Assembly (NCBI GenBank): GCA_965202645.1
Contig: OZ241840.1
Span: forward strand, 735,523 to 799,522
DNA length: 64,000 bases
Direction: 5' to 3'
Source: Bdellovibrionales bacterium
GTDB taxonomy: Bacteria; Bdellovibrionota; Bdellovibrionia; Bdellovibrionales; UBA1609
A model generated the notes under the pieces. The model had not been told where the DNA came from. It ran no database searches and worked only from the letters and a program-made list of their open reading frames with translations. The translations under genes and the position numbers were made by a program. How positions within the stretch are numbered: position 1 is the first letter of the stretch; every line of letters begins with the position of its first letter. Shown in pieces: positions 58,156-64,000 of the stretch.

Positions 58156-60852
58156 TCACTCAAACTCTAATTGAACAGCGGGCTTTTTGGAATCCGCCTG
58201 CTCCGCCAGGGATATGTTATCTAAACAAACATGAGCGGCTCGGGCTATATCCTCTTTATAAAGCTCAAACTCTTTTAATTGGCGGGAAGAAGCTCTGATC
58301 TTTAAGCGTTTTAAGGGGCTGGCCAGGCTTTTATTGCGGCCGGACTTCCCGCCCCGAATTTGCTCTAAAATGGAAAAAGCGCTGTCCAGCAAGGGCAGGC
58401 TGTCTCCCTTTGTTTTTTCGTTTTGGCTTTTTGCTGTCGCCTCTACTGCTTGTTTTAAACTGTCCAGAAGTTTATCCTCTATGCGCTTTAAGCGCTCTTC
58501 GCCCAGCCACAGGGAATTATGAAGGCTGAGGCTCTCTTTGCTGTATCGCCAGGACCAAATCTCTTCTGTGACATAAGGCAAATAAGGCGCAAAAAGCTTT
58601 AAAAAAATATACAGACTGCCATCTAAAGCCCTTTGCCCCGAAAGGCCCTCCGCCCGATCCTTTAACTGATACACTCTGGCTTTCGCCAATTCCAGATAAT
58701 TGTCGCAAAAAGCCCAAAAGCTTTTTTCAATTAAATCCAAAGCTTCGGCATGGCTGTAGTTTTTAAGACTGCTTAAAGCTTGAGCTTTTGTTTTGAGGAG
58801 AAATTTTATCCAGGCCTGATCTAAAGGAGTTGAAATTTCATGAAGATGGCTCTCCAACTCTGAAAAAGGCAGGTCTCCCATTTGCATTTGAACAAATCGG
58901 CCGGCGTTAAAAAGCTTTACAGCCAGCCGTTTTCCTGTTTTAAAAAGATTTTCATCATAGACTGTGTCTTGGCCCAGCCGGGCTTTAGCCGCCCAATAGC
59001 GGACGGCGTCCGCCGAATAAGCTCTAATTAAGCTCTCAGGAGTTAAAGCGTTCCCTTTGGATTTGCTCATTTTCATCCGCTCCGGAGTAATGACCCAGCC
59101 ACTGACAGCAATGTTTTTCCAGGGGATTTTTCCCTCATGAAAATAAGCTTTCGCAATCGTGTAAAAAGCCCATGTTCTGATAATCTCATGCGCTTGAGGG
59201 CGAAGATCCGCTGGAAAAAGCTTTTTATGTTTTTTCGCGTCAAACAGCCAGCCGCTGTTGATATAAGGAGTTAAAGAGGAGGTGGCCCATGTATCCATTA
59301 CATCTGGATCAGCTGTAAAGCCGCCAGCTGTGTCTCTCTGCTCCTCCTTAAAATTTTCAGGGCTTTGTTTTAAAGGATCAATGGGGCTGTAATCAGATAA
59401 ACTGCCGAAGGATGGCTGAGACAGATGTTTTTTATTGAGGAGGCTCTTAATCTCAGGCATTAGGGGCTGGCTGTAATCCGTCTGGCCTTTTTCATCCACC
59501 CTATACCAGACCGGAAAAGGAGCGCCGTAGGGCCTTTGTCTGGAGACGCACCAGTCTTGATTTAATCCCTCCACCCATTGCTCATACCTTTTTCTCATAG
59601 AGGGAGGATGCCATTCAATCTTTTCTCCCTGCTGAAGCAATTTCTCCTTATGCTCTAAAATTTTGATGTGCCACTGCCTTTTAGGCAATATCTCCAGCGG
59701 AAAATCCCCTTTCTCATAAAACTTTACGCTGTGCAGGCATTCTTTTGGCTCTCCTTTTAAGCGCTCTTTTGCTTTTAAAATTTCCACAATTTTTTTTCTG
59801 GCCTGTTTAACTCTGAGCCTTTTTAAATGGGAATAATTGGCGTTGGCCCGCTCCGCTTGGGAGCTTTGAAATTTCCCTTCCGGGCTAAAAGCAATGTCCA
59901 TTAAAAAGCCCTCGTCATCAATAATGGGCAAAATGGGCAAATTCTGCTTTTGGCAAAAAACCGCGTCCTCCATATCTCCAAAAGTGCAAATCATTAAAAT
60001 CCCTGTTCCTTTTTCAGGATCCGCGTGAGAGGAGGGCATAATGGGGACAGACCTGTAAAATAAAGGGGTGACAGCCTGACGGCCAAAAAATTTTTTATAG
60101 CGATCGTCTTCGGGATGAGCCGCGACTGCGACACAGGCGGGAAGAAGCTCCGGACGGGTGGTGGAGACAGCAAACTCGCCTCCTCCCTCCACACAAAAGG
60201 CAATGTCATGATAAAAGCCTTTTTGCTTTCTGTCCTCAATATCCGCTTGGGCCACAGCTGTCTGAAATTGAGTGTCCCAAAGCGCTGGAGACAAACGGCT
60301 CTCCGCCAAGCCTTTTTTATACAGATCCAGAAAAGAAATTTGAGCCAAGCTCTGCGCGTAAGGGCATATAGTTTGATAAGTCTGACTCCAATCCACAGAC
60401 AAAGCGATATGCTTCCATAATTTTTTATATTTGATCTCATCCTCTAAAACTTGCTTTTGGCAAATCTCCAAAAAATTTTTCCGGGACACTGATTGATAAG
60501 AGGGATTTTTGTCTCCTGTTTTTTTTGCCTGAAAAGAGGGATCATAATTCAATTTGGGATCACAGCGAACAGCGTAAAGATTTTGCGCTCTTTTTTCCGT
60601 AGGCAGGCCATTGTCATCCCAGCCCATAGGGTAAAACACATTTTTGCCCATCATTCTATGAAAGCGGGCTAAAATATCTGTTTGTGTGTAGCTGAAAATA
60701 TGGCCAACATGCAGGGAGCCAGACACAGTGGGCGGCGGAGTGTCTATAACAAAACTTTTTTTATTGGAGGAGGGGTGATAAGCGTAAAGATTTTGCGCCT
60801 CCCATTTTTTTTGAAGTTTCTCCTCTATTTCTAAATGCTTGTATGCGCCCAT
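58156..60852 (-). CDS. valS: Valyl-tRNA synthetase
   Basis: 898 aa. PPPTVSGSLHVGH (HIGH region), KMSKSKGN (KMSKS), CP1 editing domain and C-terminal coiled coil. Confidence 0.92.
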   Translation of the reverse strand: MGAYKHLEIEEKLQKKWEAQNLYAYHPSSNKKSFVIDTPPPTVSGSLHVGHIFSYTQTDILARFHRMMGKNVFYPMGWDDNGLPTEKRAQNLYAVRCDPKLNYDPSFQAKKTGDKNPSYQSVSRKNFLEICQKQVLEDEIKYKKLWKHIALSVDWSQTYQTICPYAQSLAQISFLDLYKKGLAESRLSPALWDTQFQTAVAQADIEDRKQKGFYHDIAFCVEGGGEFAVSTTRPELLPACVAVAAHPEDDRYKKFFGRQAVTPLFYRSVPIMPSSHADPEKGTGILMICTFGDMEDAVFCQKQNLPILPIIDDEGFLMDIAFSPEGKFQSSQAERANANYSHLKRLRVKQARKKIVEILKAKERLKGEPKECLHSVKFYEKGDFPLEILPKRQWHIKILEHKEKLLQQGEKIEWHPPSMRKRYEQWVEGLNQDWCVSRQRPYGAPFPVWYRVDEKGQTDYSQPLMPEIKSLLNKKHLSQPSFGSLSDYSPIDPLKQSPENFKEEQRDTAGGFTADPDVMDTWATSSLTPYINSGWLFDAKKHKKLFPADLRPQAHEIIRTWAFYTIAKAYFHEGKIPWKNIAVSGWVITPERMKMSKSKGNALTPESLIRAYSADAVRYWAAKARLGQDTVYDENLFKTGKRLAVKLFNAGRFVQMQMGDLPFSELESHLHEISTPLDQAWIKFLLKTKAQALSSLKNYSHAEALDLIEKSFWAFCDNYLELAKARVYQLKDRAEGLSGQRALDGSLYIFLKLFAPYLPYVTEEIWSWRYSKESLSLHNSLWLGEERLKRIEDKLLDSLKQAVEATAKSQNEKTKGDSLPLLDSAFSILEQIRGGKSGRNKSLASPLKRLKIRASSRQLKEFELYKEDIARAAHVCLDNISLAEQADSKKPAVQLEFE

Positions 60853-60970
60853 TTTGCCGGTATTTCCCGTTTTTTTGAGGTTTCTCTTTTATTTCTGAAT
60901 GTTTGTATGCGCCCCGTTTGCCATAGCCTCTTTTGCCTCTAAACGCTTGTATGCGCCCCGTTTTGCCACA
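60853..60970. repeat. Two degenerate upstream copies of the first ~45-65 nt of valS
   Basis: Minus strand: ggcaaaATGGGCGCATACAAGCATTTAGAAATAGAGGAGAAAC (true start) is preceded by ggcaaaCGGGGCGCATACAAACATTCAGAAATAAAAGAGAAAC and ggcaaaaCGGGGCGCATACAAGCGTTTAGAGGCAAAAGAG. The ATG is replaced by ACG/CGG in these copies. Confidence 0.8.
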
Positions 60971-61159
60971 GCCTCCCAGTGTTTTAAACTGCGGAATCCA
61001 ATTAAATTTTTCAGCCTATTCTAATGCCTGTCAGCTAAAAACACAAACTGAATTGTGAAAATTCCACGCATAAATTTCAGCCCTTTATCCGCCGGACAAC
61101 AGCATAAAAAGGCAGTGAAATATGGGTCAGCGGCTGATTGGCCGTCCCGCTATTATCCT

Positions 61160-61285
61160 TTGAATAAATAGTCAGGAGCTGGATAACCTGATCAGAGGCT
61201 GGATAAGTGGAGCAGGGGCTGAATAAATGGAGCAGGGGCTGAATAAATGGAGCAGGGACTGGATGAGTGAAGCAGAAGCTGGACA
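61160..61285. repeat. About 6 copies of a 20-bp tandem repeat (tgaataaatggagcaggggc)
   Basis: The marker agcagg recurs at 61211, 61231 and 61251, with degenerate flanking copies. Confidence 0.8.
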
Positions 61286-61467
61286 AAACACATTATATTT
61301 TATATAACAAAATTTATATTGATTGGATTTGCGCGGCTCTTAGTTTTTGTGATAAACGAATTTTTCAAATCTAACCGATATAAAAATATATTTGAGCGAT
61401 TATTTGCGGCAGGCTCATCGGAGGAACAATTTTTTGATGTCAGCCTATGTTTAACAGCTTATAAAAA

Positions 61468-61544
<77 letters not shown>

Positions 61545-61686
61545 TTTTACAAATGCGCGAGCTTTTTTTCTTCACTTTATCTATTATGCCCTCACAGCCC
61601 GCAATTATACTTCTGAGGCTATTATGACTCTCAAGCGCAAAAAGCCGGTTTCAGCAAGCCAAAAAAACAAGCGGGATTCCAGCCTA

Positions 61687-63264
61687 TTATCTTTTTGATT
61701 TTGTCTCCAGCACATCTCGATATTCCAAGAGAGCTGAACTGCCTATAATGTGAATAACTTTAACGAGTTTTTCCATTCCATTGGAATCCTGTAAATACAG
61801 CTCCTCTCCAAATTTAAAGTTCGCGGGTTGTTGCGTCCCTTCATTGATAGAGATATTATCAGCATAAAGATATGTTCTGTTTGATGTGTCCAGAATCGGG
61901 TTAAGGCGGCCATTTAACCCTGGAATATAGCCTGTGTCATTTGGAAAAATAACAGATCCCCCATTTGGCAATTCTTCCAGCTCAATGGTTAAATCCCCTT
62001 CCACCGGCAGAAAATTTTTTTTGAGATAAGCGGAATAATTTTCAGCCCCGGCAAAAATTGTCATTGGCGCTTTTGTTGAATGCAAATAAACTTTCGCCTC
62101 TCCATTTTTATCAGTTATGGCCTCCTTCCATGTCTTGTTTTCAAACAGAAATAGCAATGTTGCTCCTTCTATATTTTTGCCGGAAGAGCGCGCTCTGACA
62201 GCAACTAAAGGATTCGCCTGCCATTTGACTCCTCTTCCAACGCCTTGAGATTGAATCTCCCCTTTATCTCTTAACTGCCGCAAGACATGGCGAATCATAT
62301 CCCGACTGATCTTCGGGCAGTCTTTTTCAATGTCTGAAATAGCAAAAGGCCCTATTTTGCTCTTAATGGAAAATTTGATTAGCTCTGCTTTAGAGCCTTT
62401 GCCTCCTACAGTTTCCTTAATAAGAACAACCTTATCCTCAAACTCTTTATAAGCTTTGATGACATCTCCCCAAAAATACTCCATCCAGGGAAAAGGATTA
62501 TGTTTAGCCTCATGCCAGCCTTGGGAGCTTTTATGAAGGGTTCTATAATACCCTTCTTTAGACTCTTCAAATATCCTCTCTAAGCTTATATATTTGCCTA
62601 CTTCATAACCTTGACGATGCAATAACAAAAGAGTCAACAATCTGGATATACGGCCATTCCCATCTTTGAAAGGGTGAATACAAAGAAAATCTAAAATTAA
62701 AAGAGGAAGGAGAATAAGAGGATCAGCATTGGAATTATTTAAACAGTTTTTGTGGTTTTGGCAAAGATCCTCCATAGCTTGAGGAGTTTGAAATGAGGAA
62801 ACAGGAACAAAGCGGATATGCCTCTTTCCGCTTTTTTCATCTTTTTCAATAATCTTGTTTTCAACTGACTTAAACTTTCCGCCATCTTCCGGCAAATAAC
62901 GATAAATCATTGTATGCAGTTGTTTAATGACATTAACGGACAATTCCATATCCTTATGAGACTCATGGATCAAACCAAGAGCGTCTCTGTAGCCTAAAAT
63001 TTCCTGTTCAGATCGGTTTTTTGGTGTAGCTGATTGATCTACAAGCCCTTTGATTCTCTGATAAGGAGCTGTAATTTGCTCTAAACGGTTAGAGGATTCA
63101 ACAGATTCAATAACAGCATGCTGTTTAAGAATTTTTAGAGATTCTTTTGATTTTTTACTAAAAAGATCTTGTTTTCCTCTAAATTCACCGAGTTTTCTCA
63201 AATCAGCCAAGTGAGAGCTGGTAAAACTAAGAGAATCAATGAATTTAGCGTTTAATGACTGCAT
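61687..63264 (-). CDS. Fic family protein (Fic_N type) with an extra ~170-aa C-terminal beta-rich extension
   Basis: Fic motif HPFKDGNGRISR. N-terminal helix ESSNRLEQ (inhibitory Glu kept, G/N replaced by Q). A wHTH-like middle section, then a C-terminal segment GATLLFLFENKTWKEAITDKNGEAKVYL that resembles carboxypeptidase-regulatory-like beta-sandwiches. Confidence 0.8.
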   Translation of the reverse strand: MQSLNAKFIDSLSFTSSHLADLRKLGEFRGKQDLFSKKSKESLKILKQHAVIESVESSNRLEQITAPYQRIKGLVDQSATPKNRSEQEILGYRDALGLIHESHKDMELSVNVIKQLHTMIYRYLPEDGGKFKSVENKIIEKDEKSGKRHIRFVPVSSFQTPQAMEDLCQNHKNCLNNSNADPLILLPLLILDFLCIHPFKDGNGRISRLLTLLLLHRQGYEVGKYISLERIFEESKEGYYRTLHKSSQGWHEAKHNPFPWMEYFWGDVIKAYKEFEDKVVLIKETVGGKGSKAELIKFSIKSKIGPFAISDIEKDCPKISRDMIRHVLRQLRDKGEIQSQGVGRGVKWQANPLVAVRARSSGKNIEGATLLFLFENKTWKEAITDKNGEAKVYLHSTKAPMTIFAGAENYSAYLKKNFLPVEGDLTIELEELPNGGSVIFPNDTGYIPGLNGRLNPILDTSNRTYLYADNISINEGTQQPANFKFGEELYLQDSNGMEKLVKVIHIIGSSALLEYRDVLETKSKR

Positions 63265-63361
63265 TATAGGGGTAATATGTTGTTAAAATAGGGTAATGTC
63301 AAGCTATATATTACCCCCTTTTTTTAGGAATTGCCTCATTTCTTGGATTTTTTCCGATTTT

Positions 63362-63658
63362 TGAACTGAGCCATTGACCGGGCAGGGGCTGTTTTCAGCT
63401 CTGGCGGCGCCATCCTCTTCTTCCTGAGTTCGATATTTCAGATATGGTTTCCCTTGGATTCAAAGGTTTTTTTGGACATATTCAGAGAAAAAAGACAGAT
63501 TGCGCCTATCAAGCTCTTCCCCCAGAAAAACAGGAAAAGACTGCACTCCTCCCTGGGATACTTGACTCCTCATGAATTTGAAGTTAAATTAAAAAAAAGG
63601 CGAAATGGCAGAACCTAAACTTCAAGCTTTTCCTGTCCAATCAATGGGGCTCAGTCCA
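63362..63658 (+). mobile_element. Internally deleted IS3-family element (both terminal repeats plus the last ~55 codons of orfB)
   Basis: Left end tgaactgagccattgaccgggcagg; right end cctgtccaatcaatggggctcagtcca. The internal frame encodes ...FPQKNRKRLHSSLGYLTPHEFEVKLKKRRNGRT-stop, the typical IS3 OrfB C-terminus. Confidence 0.75.
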
Positions 63659-63702
63659 ATTATCTTTGATCATTTAAACTATTACAATACAACTCGCTTT
63701 TA

Positions 63703-64000
63703 TCACTTTCTTTTCTCTAAAGACAAAATTCTTTTTTCCCCTTCTTTTATATAGTCTGCGTGCTTGTCCCATAGAGGAATTGGCAAATTCTTCTTATCAA
63801 AACGATGATTTCTTATAAAATTCTTATATTTCTGAGAATGAAAAAGGCCTACTATATAAGAAAATATATCTTTCTTATTAAGGGTCACTCTATATTTTCT
63901 CCCAAAAAGCTCATTCGCATTTCTTTTTAAAAAACTGTAGGTAGATATTCTGGTTGTTGCTCCAGATTGAATCCCAAAATAATCACTGGATACGGGTCTA
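63703..64000 (-). CDS. C-terminal ~99 codons of a gene running off the right edge; possibly a type ISP/IIG-like restriction-methylase C-terminal domain
   Basis: The frame is open from the window edge: ...DYFGIQSGATTRISTYSFLKRNANELFGRKYRVTLNKKDIFSYIVGLFHSQKYKNFIRNHRFDKKNLPIPLW.... The D-I-F-x-Y-I-x-x-x-x-H-S-x-x-Y...P-x-I-P-L pattern recalls the type ISP C-terminal domain. The track lists only 63703-63888. Confidence 0.3.
   Translation of the reverse strand, partial: RPVSSDYFGIQSGATTRISTYSFLKRNANELFGRKYRVTLNKKDIFSYIVGLFHSQKYKNFIRNHRFDKKNLPIPLWDKHADYIKEGEKRILSLEKRK

Noticed and set aside
61077-61286. 69-aa ORF upstream of tRNA-Val
   Set aside because: It is a translation of the 20-bp tandem repeat and has no start context.

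Overview
All calls come from reading the sequence and the ORF track and from motif recognition. No database search was run, and hand-counted coordinates may be off by 1-3 nt.

The window looks like a chromosomal segment of an AT-rich Gram-negative bacterium. Evidence: TolB, lipobox lipoproteins, and strong AGGAGG-type Shine-Dalgarno (SD) sites. Sel1, TPR and Fic genes, IS relics and gene decay suggest a host-associated lifestyle.

Main content:
- RNA genes: a 23S-5S rRNA pair on the minus strand (about 7150-10287) with no 16S or spacer tRNA upstream, and tRNA-Val(GAC) at 61468-61544.
- Housekeeping genes: AGCS symporter (partial), tolB, mpg, ung, a pgi-like gene, topA, metK, valS, an HU/IHF-like gene, a 2-Cys peroxiredoxin, enoyl-CoA hydratase, an HD dNTPase-like gene, a MazG-like gene, and a carbamoyltransferase-SxtJ-DUF5989 operon.
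- Mobile DNA: one intact IS1634-family element, two relics of its ends, and three IS3-family relics.
- A decayed defence/mobile island at about 24.3-34.8 kb: SNF2 helicase stub, Fic, orphan type III Res, frameshifted AbiEii with intact AbiEi, Rpn, AAA ATPase, integrase-like stub, NYN.

Observations most worth follow-up:
1. A G14 tract directly after the lipobox of a lipoprotein gene puts the signal peptide out of frame with the mature domain, which looks like a slipped-strand phase switch.
2. A G17 tract abuts a TAAAAT box upstream of a Sel1-repeat gene. That gene sits inside a unit bounded by inverted IS1634-type ends.
3. The NYN (PIN-like RNase fold) gene has no SD and is preceded by a consensus-like promoter, a two-hairpin ~55-nt RNA and a U-run ending 6 nt before its ATG. 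This layout resembles an attenuator or a type-III-TA-like arrangement.
4. A three-member family of small proteins with an N-terminal TM segment and a coiled coil carries variable repeat cassettes. One member is leaderless-like and sits behind eight copies of a 41-bp array.
5. Tandem arrays of 40-80 bp are unusually dense in intergenic DNA. Several duplicate the start-codon region of the adjacent gene (valS, a GT-C-like membrane protein, a TPR gene).

No CRISPR array, prophage or reverse transcriptase was seen.
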